Part shown: piece by piece, positions 40,464 to 48,867 of the stretch | Layout of the letters: the number at the start of each line of letters is the position of its first letter | How positions within the stretch are numbered: the first letter of the stretch is position 1 | Origin: Bacteroidota bacterium | Lineage (GTDB): Bacteria > Bacteroidota > Ignavibacteria > UBA10030 | Assembly (NCBI GenBank): GCA_035291905.1 | Contig: DATDRF010000297.1 | Location: 14 to 64,013 of the forward strand | Length of the DNA stretch: 64,000 bases | Direction: 5' to 3' | Program-made: the position numbers and the translations under genes | The notes under the pieces: generated by a model | What the model was told of the DNA's origin: nothing | The model's input: only the letters and a program-made list of their open reading frames with translations | Database searches by the model: none

Positions 40464-41420
40464 CTAATTGACAGTTTCTGATCGGGTCAGCTTGTGGAAG
40501 ATCTCCTCGAGGCTGGTGCTTTGCCGCGAGAGTTCTAGCAGCACCCAACGTTCCGAGATTGCCTGCCGGAACAGCTCCTCCCGGATATCCATCCCCTTTG
40601 CCGAATGAATGATGAACCTATGGATCGGTCCTTCGGACCCGCGGTAGTCGACGGCTTCCACATGCCGGAGGGATTTAAGTTTAGGAAAAAGATCCTGCAT
40701 GGGGTCCGGCGTTTCTGCTTTCAGTTCGACCGAGACGCTTTCCGACCCTCTGAAACTTTGTTTAAGCTCATCAGGTGTTCCGTCGGCGACAATGCTCCCT
40801 TCATTAATAATGACAACTCTGTCGCACGTTGCCTGGACCTCCGAAAGAATATGGGTGGAAAGAACAACGGTCTTCGCGCTGCCGAGACGGCGGATCAGGT
40901 TTCTGATTTCGATGATTTGGTTCGGATCGAGCCCGCTGGTTGGCTCGTCAAGGATGAGCACCTCAGGGTCATGGATCATCGATTGAGCGAGCCCGACCCT
41001 CTGCCGATAACCTTTGGAGAGCTCGCTAATGTCTTTGTGACGCACCTCCTCAAGGCCGCAAACCTCCACCATCTCGTTCTGTCGCTGTCTGAGATGCTTA
41101 TCCCGCAGCCCGTGGAGCCGGGCAGAGTACTCAAGATACTCGAGCACGTTCATGTCAAGATACAACGGATTCAACTCGGGGAGATAGCCGATCTTCCTTC
41201 GGACCTCAACAGAGTAGTCGAGCGTGCTCAGGCCGTCAACTTCAACCGAACCGGAGGATTGCGGCATATAGCATGTGATGATCTTCATCGTCGTGGTCTT
41301 CCCCGCTCCGTTCGGTCCCAGGAAGCCCAGTATCTCACCGGTCTTGACGTCGAACGAAATGTCGTTGACGGCTTTTTCGTCACCGTAAAGTTTTGTCAGA
41401 TTTCGAACGGCAATGGACAT
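40464..41420 (-). CDS. gldA: ABC transporter ATP-binding protein (GldA-like)
   Basis: Walker A GPNGAGKTT. Signature LSKGYRQRVGL. Walker B ILDEPTSGLD. Confidence 0.85.
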   Translation of the reverse strand: MSIAVRNLTKLYGDEKAVNDISFDVKTGEILGFLGPNGAGKTTTMKIITCYMPQSSGSVEVDGLSTLDYSVEVRRKIGYLPELNPLYLDMNVLEYLEYSARLHGLRDKHLRQRQNEMVEVCGLEEVRHKDISELSKGYRQRVGLAQSMIHDPEVLILDEPTSGLDPNQIIEIRNLIRRLGSAKTVVLSTHILSEVQATCDRVVIINEGSIVADGTPDELKQSFRGSESVSVELKAETPDPMQDLFPKLKSLRHVEAVDYRGSEGPIHRFIIHSAKGMDIREELFRQAISERWVLLELSRQSTSLEEIFHKLTRSETVN

Positions 41421-41653
41421 GCTAATCCGTATTCAAATTGTCGCGACTGAGTGATAATCGGTCTTTTTGTGTCAGGATGCTGCGAAAGGTGGAACAATTT
41501 TAAGAAAAAGAAGAAACTTTGTCAAGAACTTCATCCTACTCCGTGTTCTCTGTGTCCCTCTGCGTTAAAGTCTTTAACCACAAAGGTCACAAAGAGGGCA
41601 CAAAGACTATAGAGAACATATACAGACGCAGACAAGCAGCGGAGTGTTCCTGT

Positions 41654-42732
41654 TCAACGCAAAGAAAGCGAGAATTGCGATTCCTGGGGACGAAGGAAGG
41701 ATTCGGTGGAAAGGCGAACAGGGGTTTCGTTCAAGCGATACTTTCGGCAACCTGCCTGAAAGAGATTCTCGATTGTATCGGCGATCGGGCCTTCGCCCTT
41801 CATTCGCTTTCCGAAGTCCGATTCGGAAAGCTTTCCCCCTCGGACGGACCGAATATGACTCACGACTTTGTTGAACTTCTCGGGGTATTCGCGCTTGAGC
41901 CACTCGAGGAAGAGATCCTTGAGTGCATAGGAAAGCCGCACCGTTGTTTGCCCCGCATGACGTGCGCCGCTTTCTGATGCCTGCCTGAGAATTTCTGGGA
42001 TCTCGCTTTCTGTCAGTCCGGGTATTATCGGTGCCACATTGACACCGACGGGAATCCCGTTCGCGGCAAGAATTTCCACTGTTTCCATGCGCTTTCGGGG
42101 AGCCGAAGCGCGCGGTTCCAGTTTTCTTGCCAGATCCTGGCGGAGCGTTGTGACGGTGATAATGACGAAGAGAAGATTGGTGGCGGCAAGTTCTTTGAGA
42201 ATATCGACGTCGCGCTGAACAAGGGCGTTCTTGGTAATGAGCGAGACCGGGTTTCGGAAGCGCAAGAATATTTCGAGGCAGCGGCGGGTGATCTTCAATG
42301 TCCGTTCCGCAGGCTGGTAGCAATCAGTATTGCCTGAAAAAACCACCGTCTGGGGTTGCCATGAAGGCTTGCTGAATTCAGCCGCAAGGAGCTCGGGTGC
42401 TTTGAGCTTCACCATGATCTTTGTCTCAAAATCGAGGCCGGAGGAGAAGCCAAGGTATTCATGTGAAGGGCGCGCGTAGCAAAGATGCAGCCGTGCTCAC
42501 AGCCTCGGTAGGGGTTGATGCTGTACGTGAAACCGATGTCGGGGCTGTCGTTTTTGGAGAGAATGGAAAGAGAGCGGTCGACATAGAAGCGCGTGGGGAC
42601 TTTTTGCCCGGGCTCGGGCAGCTCAAAGTACTCCGCCAGATCAGGAGGCGGCGATTCCACTTTGAGTGATTCAAAGCGGTTGGGAGGATTGAATCCCGCC
42701 CCGCGACCGATGAATGGGCGAGATTCACTCAT
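41654..42732 (-). pseudogene. Radical SAM 'DNA repair photolyase' (SplB-like, COG1533 family) gene disrupted by a 1-nt frameshift
   Basis: The N-terminal ORF 42409..42732 reaches ...YRGCEHGCIF and then goes out of frame. Re-inserting one T in the T-run near 42480 restores [39 protein letters not shown]..., which continues into ORF 41654..42415. The start overlaps the polB-like stop by 8 nt. Confidence 0.75.
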
Positions 42733-45031
42733 GGGGCGACGGTGCGGAAGCGAACGGTTTGGCCTGGACGCGTTGGGATCTGGTTGATTTGCGGGGTTTC
42801 AATGGAGGGGGAAGAAAGAGCTCCTTGAGGCGATCGACCGTATATCCGAATGGCGAGAGCAGCGACTCGATCGCTTTCAGTGTCAGTTCGGTGTAAAAGT
42901 CGATATCGTAGCCATCCTCAAAGGCATACAAGGCAATCGGCTTTGCCTTTTCCGGTTTTTTCTTTCCCGATTGGTCGATGAGAATGTACTCGATGGTTTC
43001 TCCGGCCGCGAGATGGACCCCCATTTCTTCAATAAGTCCCGCAACGACAGCGCTGACGCTTTTGTTGGTATATTCATTCGCCTCTTTTGTAATGTGCCGC
43101 CGCATGACAAGCTCCATCGGATTCACTTTTCCGCTTCTGAGCATTGCAACGGCGTTGCGGCCGATGTCGAGGAGCTCGGGGACCAACGTCTCTACATCGG
43201 CCGCCGTGCGCGCAGGTGCCATGCGGTCGAACATTGCCCTCTGCATGGTCTTGATGAACGGGGGAGTGTCCCGGCGGCGTGTTTCGAGTCCGCGCACTTT
43301 AAAATCGCCGTTGCGGTACCACCCTGCATACCGGTTGGCCGTCGTGATGAGGGGATCCTGCTTTGACGCCGGGAAAAGGATCCAGTTGTAAATTCCTTCC
43401 AATGAAATATCGATTCCCGTGCGTGCCGCGATCTCGCGGCATAACTCTTCATATTCCTGCTCGGAAGTGCCGGGCTTTTTCAGCCAGACGCAATCGATGA
43501 TGGCGTGAAGCATTCGGAAGCCGTGCTGCTCAGCAATCTCCTTTGCCGTTAAAATGGAGTCGCGCGAAAATGCGTTCACGGACTCGTGTGCTTCGATTCT
43601 TCCGAAACGTGCGTTCTTGTATCCGAGATATCCGAAACAGCTGACGAGCATCCATTTGAGCGCATTCTGGCGCCGGTCGTATTTACGGAACAGAGCGTCA
43701 TCCCTCCCCTTATAAAATCGTTTGAGTCTTTTATAATGAGACCGTTTTTGCACCACCGATCGAAGTGTTGCCGGGACTATTCCCTCGCGCCGTTCACAAA
43801 TGGTATACCCGAGCTCGGGGACGGCCGAGTTTGAACAGCAACGGCAATTGACCGTTTCCGGGGAAACGTTCTTTTCGACCATGATGGTGGGATACATCGA
43901 AACGAAATCGAGCTCGGCGACTTCTTCGTGGTACCCAAGAGGAGGATTGAAAATAAGACCGCCCCTGTCTGCCATCAACAATGTGGAGGCCGATTTGAAG
44001 TCTTCCGGTTCCCGTTTTTTGGACGGAATAAGGTACCGGTGGCTGTGCGCCCAAGAGAGCTGCAGGGACGACATCGATGTGCCGATGCTGACGCGGGCCT
44101 GGCGCTGAACGGGAATCTGTGTCAAACGGGCGAGCTCGAAGACTCCGTCAAGGTCGGCCTCGCCGAACGTGAAGGAGTTCTGCTCATCGAGGTGCCAGCG
44201 GCCGGCGAGCTCAAAAGCCCCGTCTTTATGGACGATTTTGCCGTACTGGAAAAAACTCGATTCCCTGGTTCGGAAATACGGTGTCTGCTCATCGCGGTTC
44301 AGGAGGAGGGGAATATTGTGACGTGCAGACAGAGCCGTCAGGTGCGGCAAAATGATCGAATCGCCGTATTCCGTCAGAACAATATCGGGGTCGCAGCGAT
44401 GAAGATGCCAGTTGAGCGTCTCCAGCACGTCACGCGGGTTCTCTTGCTCCAGCGAATATGTCTGGCCATCGTAGCTGACCTCAAGCTGTAGGTGCTTGCG
44501 ATATTTGGGAGGGACAAAGTTGTTCCCGTTTCTCAGTCGTAGCGTTGAAAGCGGCGGAACCTCGTATTCCATTGCTTCATGATGATCGTTGATGGCCCAT
44601 CCGACGAGACGGCTGCGATGATCGATTTCGTAGTCACCGTAAGCAAGAGGAAAAAGAGCCGTTTCATACAGAAACAACTGAGGGACAAGGAGATCCGAAT
44701 CAAAAAAAGCAAAGTGAGGGAAAAATTGTTCAAAGGATCGGACGACAGATGAAAAGCGGGTCGGGTTATGAACGGAAATTTGTAGAACGTCCCATGATTC
44801 ATCGGAGTACAATTCCTTGCGCGTGGTGATTGAAACAGTAAGCCGTGTGTCGCAGCGGGTGGCGAGTGTGGAGGCGCGCTTCATATCCTGCGGACTCAGG
44901 TGAAGAAAAAACGAAGGAAGAAAGGGAACGGTGCAGCGATGCTTTCTTCCTTCGCGGTCGATAAGCCACACGACCATGCCGTCTGTCGAAGGATAAGCGT
45001 CAAAGAGCCACCCCGAAACGACATTGCTCAT
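42725..45031 (-). CDS. Family B DNA polymerase paralog (E. coli Pol II-like) with degenerate 3'-5' exonuclease motifs and a degenerate polymerase motif C
   Basis: Motif A LDFVSMYPTIM aligns with Pol II LDYKSLYPSII. Motif B KWMLVSCFGYLG aligns with KIIMNAFYGVLG. NRYAGW and RGLETRRRDT align with KKRYAGL and KGLETVRTDW. N-terminal similarity to Pol II: GWLFDAYP...FLHLSP against GFILTRHW...AFIP. The exonuclease and motif C substitutions are detailed in the findings. Confidence 0.85.
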   Translation of the reverse strand: MSNVVSGWLFDAYPSTDGMVVWLIDREGRKHRCTVPFLPSFFLHLSPQDMKRASTLATRCDTRLTVSITTRKELYSDESWDVLQISVHNPTRFSSVVRSFEQFFPHFAFFDSDLLVPQLFLYETALFPLAYGDYEIDHRSRLVGWAINDHHEAMEYEVPPLSTLRLRNGNNFVPPKYRKHLQLEVSYDGQTYSLEQENPRDVLETLNWHLHRCDPDIVLTEYGDSIILPHLTALSARHNIPLLLNRDEQTPYFRTRESSFFQYGKIVHKDGAFELAGRWHLDEQNSFTFGEADLDGVFELARLTQIPVQRQARVSIGTSMSSLQLSWAHSHRYLIPSKKREPEDFKSASTLLMADRGGLIFNPPLGYHEEVAELDFVSMYPTIMVEKNVSPETVNCRCCSNSAVPELGYTICERREGIVPATLRSVVQKRSHYKRLKRFYKGRDDALFRKYDRRQNALKWMLVSCFGYLGYKNARFGRIEAHESVNAFSRDSILTAKEIAEQHGFRMLHAIIDCVWLKKPGTSEQEYEELCREIAARTGIDISLEGIYNWILFPASKQDPLITTANRYAGWYRNGDFKVRGLETRRRDTPPFIKTMQRAMFDRMAPARTAADVETLVPELLDIGRNAVAMLRSGKVNPMELVMRRHITKEANEYTNKSVSAVVAGLIEEMGVHLAAGETIEYILIDQSGKKKPEKAKPIALYAFEDGYDIDFYTELTLKAIESLLSPFGYTVDRLKELFLPPPLKPRKSTRSQRVQAKPFASAPSPHE

Positions 45032-45306
45032 GTGCGCTCCTCGGGAGCAGCAAGCGCGCCGGCCTGAACAAGCCGCCGGCGCAGTTCTTTGATGGTCTTT
45101 CCCTGCTCAATGATGATCGACATGATAATGCTCTCAAAGGGAATGGCGCGCATGGCGTAAAAGTTTGTGGCGAGATGACGCTTGGCGGCGCGGAAGACCT
45201 CATCGAAGATCTCCTGGTCCTCCAATTGCAGGCCGCGGCGGAATTTCGACCAGCCGGCGATCTCACTGTCGATGATGTTGGTGAACGTCGGTACGGTGCG
45301 TCCCAT
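45028..45306 (-). CDS. Small hypothetical protein (about 92 aa) between the imuA-like and polB-like genes
   Basis: ATG at 45306 preceded by AGGAG-N9. Its stop overlaps the polB-like start (ATGA). The longer upstream extension (TTG at 45468) would overlap the imuA-like gene by 206 nt and is disfavoured. Confidence 0.4.
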   Translation of the reverse strand: MGRTVPTFTNIIDSEIAGWSKFRRGLQLEDQEIFDEVFRAAKRHLATNFYAMRAIPFESIIMSIIIEQGKTIKELRRRLVQAGALAAPEERT

Positions 45307-45991
45307 GATTGTTTTCTCCTTTCGGTGATAGAAGAGATGAAGGTTGAGGCTCAAGTTGAACGGCATAGTGATGGTGTTCATCCTCTTCGAGGCGATAGAC
45401 ACGATCCACGGATGATGTGAGTGTCTGAGAGAGGCCGTTACGCTCTTCGGGCCAGACGGTCCGGTCAACGGATGCGATGAGAACGGAAATGCCGCGCTGC
45501 TTCATTTCTTGGAGGGCAATGAGAACGCGGCCGAGAATCTGGCGGACCTCACGCAGCGGCGCCTGCTCGTCGTACAGTGTTTCGAGCGGATTAAAGATCA
45601 TAGCGGTGGTGGCGCCTTTGGCGGCAAGAAAAGCGGGGAGGCGCCGTGTGAGCGCCTGCTCCATCTGGTAGCAGGTGAATCCGCGGGAGATGAAGATGCG
45701 GTTGAGCAGTTGTGCGGGGTCGATCCGATGTTCCCGGGCAAAGCGGGAGATCAGGTGGACGTTGAAACAGTTCCCGCCGTCAACGACGGCGATGGAGGAG
45801 CCGTTGGCCAGAGCAACGGAGGCCATGGTGAGGGAAAGTGTGAAGACGGCGCTGTCACCGTGCAGCAGGTACACCTTTCCGGGCGGGTGGGTGAAGGCAT
45901 GAATGAGGTTCTCAGAAGAGCGGATTATTGCCGTGTCTGTGTCTGCGGCAGGGGATAGTAACTGACGGGCTTGAACTGGAAATGGGGGCAC
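45263..45991 (-). CDS. ImuA/SulA-like protein (RecA-fold with degenerate P-loop)
   Basis: RecA-like topology without a canonical Walker A: GKVYLLHGDSAVFTLSLTMASVALANGSSIAVVDGGNCFNVHLISRFAREHRIDPAQLL..., then TAMIFNPLETLY. The ORF-track TTG start at 46018 falls inside the predicted -10 hexamer, so the in-frame GTG at 45991 is proposed as the start. Confidence 0.55.
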   Translation of the reverse strand: MPPFPVQARQLLSPAADTDTAIIRSSENLIHAFTHPPGKVYLLHGDSAVFTLSLTMASVALANGSSIAVVDGGNCFNVHLISRFAREHRIDPAQLLNRIFISRGFTCYQMEQALTRRLPAFLAAKGATTAMIFNPLETLYDEQAPLREVRQILGRVLIALQEMKQRGISVLIASVDRTVWPEERNGLSQTLTSSVDRVYRLEEDEHHHYAVQLEPQPSSLLSPKGENNHGTHRTDVHQHHRQ

Positions 45992-46014
45992 GGTTCCGGC
46001 TTTCTCTTGCCGGA

Positions 46015-46044
46015 ACAATATGACATTTTTGTCGTATTGTCAAG
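46015..46044 (-). promoter_or_regulatory. Sigma70-like promoter (TTGACA-N17-TATTGT on the minus strand) overlapped by a 26-bp near-perfect palindromic operator candidate
   Basis: Plus strand 46015..46040 reads ACAATATGACA-tttt-TGTCGTATTGT, with arms matching 10 of 11. On the minus strand the -35 TTGACA is at 46043..46038 and the -10 TATTGT at 46020..46015, separated by a 17-nt spacer. Confidence 0.4.
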
Positions 46045-46107
46045 AAATGAAAACGACAATTATGTCGCTTCACTCACAGTGAAGAAGTCCCTTCTAGGCC
46101 AAAAACC

Positions 46108-46180
46108 TAAAGTCCGACATCTGCTGTGTTGGTTGGGAGCTTTAGTTCCCCGCCAACCGCGGTTGATGTCGGACTTTTAA
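46108..46180 (-). terminator. Bidirectional rho-independent terminator (13-bp perfect stem AAAGTCCGACATC / GATGTCGGACTTT)
   Basis: Long hairpin followed by T-runs on both strands, downstream of the cyclase gene that ends at 46214. Confidence 0.55.
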
Positions 46181-46213
46181 CATGAGCCCGAAGTCGGACT
46201 GCTTCCTGCTTGC

Positions 46214-46999
46214 CTACAATATTGCCACAATCCGCAGCGGCCCGCCGCTGCCGCCTTTGATCTTCATTGGCAAAGCGATGACCGTGAACCCTTTCTCGGG
46301 TAACCGCTCCAGGTTGGCCACATTCTCAAATGCCGGAACACTCCGTTCGAAAAGAGCGACGTGTGTCTCGAAGCGCGACGATTGGCCATAGTCAATACTC
46401 GGAGTATCCAATCCTACCGCCTTGACCTTCCGTTCATCAGCCAGCCATTTTGCCGTTTCCGGATGAAGCCCCGGGAAGTGAAGTTTTGCAACACCGTCGG
46501 CTCCTCGTTGATCTGTCCCCATGTACTGTACCCGATCCGGCCAATATTTTCCGAATCCGGTTCTCAACAGAACGATTGCCCCCTCGGGAATTCTGCCGTT
46601 GGATCTTTCCCATTCCTCACAATCCGATTTCTGAATCAGGTAATCGCTGTTCTCCGAACAATGTTGGGAGACATCGATAACGATCCCCGTGCCTACGAGC
46701 CTTTCCAGAGGAATCTGATCGACCGTCCAGCCTCCCTCGTAGAAGTGAATCGGCGCATCGATGTGCGTACCGCCGTGCTCGGGAGTCCAGAATCTGTTCG
46801 CCGTATAGAAATATCCTCCCGGAGTTATTCCTTCCGTCCCCTTTTCGAACGCGAATCCTTTCTCCGTCGGCCAATAAATAGTGGTGGAATCGTACGCATA
46901 GGAAAGATCAACAATATTTTCCGCTGTGAATGAGAAGGGTTCGCGGCGTTCACATCCCGCCATCAGCACAAACATCATTGCAAGAATCATTGTCTTCAT
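46214..46999 (-). CDS. Cyclase family protein (kynurenine formamidase-like metal hydrolase), secreted
   Basis: HxGTHxDxPxH motif (PEHGGTHIDAPIHF). Signal peptide or lipobox (LMAGC). Confidence 0.75.
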   Translation of the reverse strand: MKTMILAMMFVLMAGCERREPFSFTAENIVDLSYAYDSTTIYWPTEKGFAFEKGTEGITPGGYFYTANRFWTPEHGGTHIDAPIHFYEGGWTVDQIPLERLVGTGIVIDVSQHCSENSDYLIQKSDCEEWERSNGRIPEGAIVLLRTGFGKYWPDRVQYMGTDQRGADGVAKLHFPGLHPETAKWLADERKVKAVGLDTPSIDYGQSSRFETHVALFERSVPAFENVANLERLPEKGFTVIALPMKIKGGSGGPLRIVAIL

Positions 47000-47010
47000 G
47001 ATATCTCCTC

Positions 47011-48846
47011 CTACCTCATGACTGAGACTTTGATATGTGAGGGATACTGTCGGGAGCGATAGACTCTCTGTGTTGCTTTCTGGAAATCCGATTCCTTCGC
47101 TTTGAAGATATTCTCAACGTATTTTTGCGGATTCCGGTCAATGATGGGAAACCACGTACTCTGAACCTGCACCATGATCTTGTGTCCCTTCAAAAAGCGA
47201 TAATCCTGTTGATGCAGATCGATGGTGAATTCCGTCGCCTGATCAGGGACAAGCGGCTCGGGATGCTCATAGCTCTTTCGATATCGTGCGCGAAAGACCT
47301 CATTGGCAACCATGAACTGATATCCACCCATGGAATGTTTCTTCGGGTAAGATTCGGGATACACATCGATCAACTTGACGATCCAATCGCAATCTGTTCC
47401 GGACGTTGAAGCAAAGAGCTTTGCGACGATATCTCCTGTGATGACGACATCCTCGTTCAGCGCCTCTGTTTCCCAGCTAAGGACATCCGGCCGAAGATGG
47501 ACGAAACGCTGGTCCTGGGTGAGCCAGGTATACCACCGCGAGCCGCGGCCGTAGGTCGGCTCAATGGGCCTTGGCCTGTAGGGGACAGGGTGCGCCGGAT
47601 CCGACACATACTCGTCGTACACCTCCTCGCTACGCTCCGGAGGCGGATCAAACGAAAGCCGTCCATCCCCATGGAAATAGAGGTTCATTTGGGTGAAATG
47701 GGTGCGCGGCGGCCACATGTCGTACGACATCCAACGGTTCATGCCTGTCTGGAATGTGTGTGCTTCCGGCATTGTAAAAGAGCCTTTATCCTTAAGGAAA
47801 TAGGCAAACCAAGGGGCCTGAATGTTTGCACGGAAGTACAGACTCGGAGCGGTGCTGTCGAATTCGACGTTTCCCAGATTGTCTCCTCTTCTTCCAGACC
47901 ACCCACCATGATTCCATGGACCGACGACAAGAAAATTCTTGTTCTCCGCGTCGTGTTTCTCAAGTTCTGCATAGATTTTCAGCGGGCCGTAGAAATCCTC
48001 CTGATCCCACCACCCCGCAACATTGAGAGTGGGAACCGTGACCCTGTTGAGGTGCGGAACTGCCGTCTGGTCCTTCCAGAACTGATCATAGTCGGGGTGA
48101 TTGACGTAATCGTTCCAGGTTGGAATCTTGTCGTGGAAGTATTTTGCGTTGACGTTGGACAAAGCACCCAGATTCAAATACCATTCGTATGTGTCGTACT
48201 TGTCAAAAACGAAAGCCGTATCTCCCCTGGATGCTTCGAGGGAAAACGCATACTCGAAGCCGTAGCTCAGCCGAAACGCCCCGTTGTGGTGAAAATCGTC
48301 GCCGATCCACATATCGACCGGTGAAGCCTGAGGAGAAACCGCCTTCAGCGCGGGATGCGGATCAAGCATCGACATGACGGTCAACCATCCGTCGTAGGAA
48401 ATACCCAGCTGGCCTACTCGTCCGTTGTTTCGAGGGACGTTCTTCAAGAGCCATTCAATGCTGTCATAGGTGTCGGTGCTCTCGTCAATTCCTTTGGGGT
48501 TCTTTCTTGGGTTTCTTTGCATGACAAACGTCCCCTCCGATTTGTATCGGCCCCGTATGTCCTGGAATACAAAGATGTATCTCTCTTCTGCCAACTCACG
48601 GAGGTAACCATCGAGCCGCCTTGCAGAATTGGTGACGTTATAGGGGGTGCGCAGGAGTATGAAGGGGAGCCGATCTGTTACGTCCTTTGGGGAGTAGATT
48701 TCGGTAAAGAGTCGGAACCCGTCTCTCGCTGTGATCCAGGCCTCGGTCCGGACGTACGAGTCGGAAGGATTGACCTGAGCTTGCGCGGGAAGGATGGGTG
48801 AAAAGAGAACCAGGAAAGCAGGAACAAAGACTGATCGTTTATTCAT
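47011..48846 (-). CDS. CocE/NonD family hydrolase (S15 X-Pro dipeptidyl-peptidase-like), secreted
   Basis: Signal peptide. An alpha/beta-hydrolase N-domain whose nucleophile region GISYDGWLT carries Asp where the S15 GxSYxG serine is expected; whether the nucleophile is intact is left open. A C-terminal beta-sandwich is typical of CocE/NonD. Confidence 0.8.
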   Translation of the reverse strand: MNKRSVFVPAFLVLFSPILPAQAQVNPSDSYVRTEAWITARDGFRLFTEIYSPKDVTDRLPFILLRTPYNVTNSARRLDGYLRELAEERYIFVFQDIRGRYKSEGTFVMQRNPRKNPKGIDESTDTYDSIEWLLKNVPRNNGRVGQLGISYDGWLTVMSMLDPHPALKAVSPQASPVDMWIGDDFHHNGAFRLSYGFEYAFSLEASRGDTAFVFDKYDTYEWYLNLGALSNVNAKYFHDKIPTWNDYVNHPDYDQFWKDQTAVPHLNRVTVPTLNVAGWWDQEDFYGPLKIYAELEKHDAENKNFLVVGPWNHGGWSGRRGDNLGNVEFDSTAPSLYFRANIQAPWFAYFLKDKGSFTMPEAHTFQTGMNRWMSYDMWPPRTHFTQMNLYFHGDGRLSFDPPPERSEEVYDEYVSDPAHPVPYRPRPIEPTYGRGSRWYTWLTQDQRFVHLRPDVLSWETEALNEDVVITGDIVAKLFASTSGTDCDWIVKLIDVYPESYPKKHSMGGYQFMVANEVFRARYRKSYEHPEPLVPDQATEFTIDLHQQDYRFLKGHKIMVQVQSTWFPIIDRNPQKYVENIFKAKESDFQKATQRVYRSRQYPSHIKVSVMR

Positions 48847-48867
48847 GAAAACTCCATCGGTTATGAG

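Noticed and set aside
45307-45468. Long form (146 aa) of the small ORF starting at TTG 45468
   Set aside because: It would overlap the imuA-like gene by 206 nt. The internal ATG at 45306 has a good AGGAG Shine-Dalgarno and gives a 44-nt overlap typical of coupled genes.
46016-46018. TTG start codon of the imuA-like ORF as given by the ORF track
   Set aside because: It falls inside the predicted -10 hexamer of the promoter. The in-frame GTG at 45991 is more plausible.
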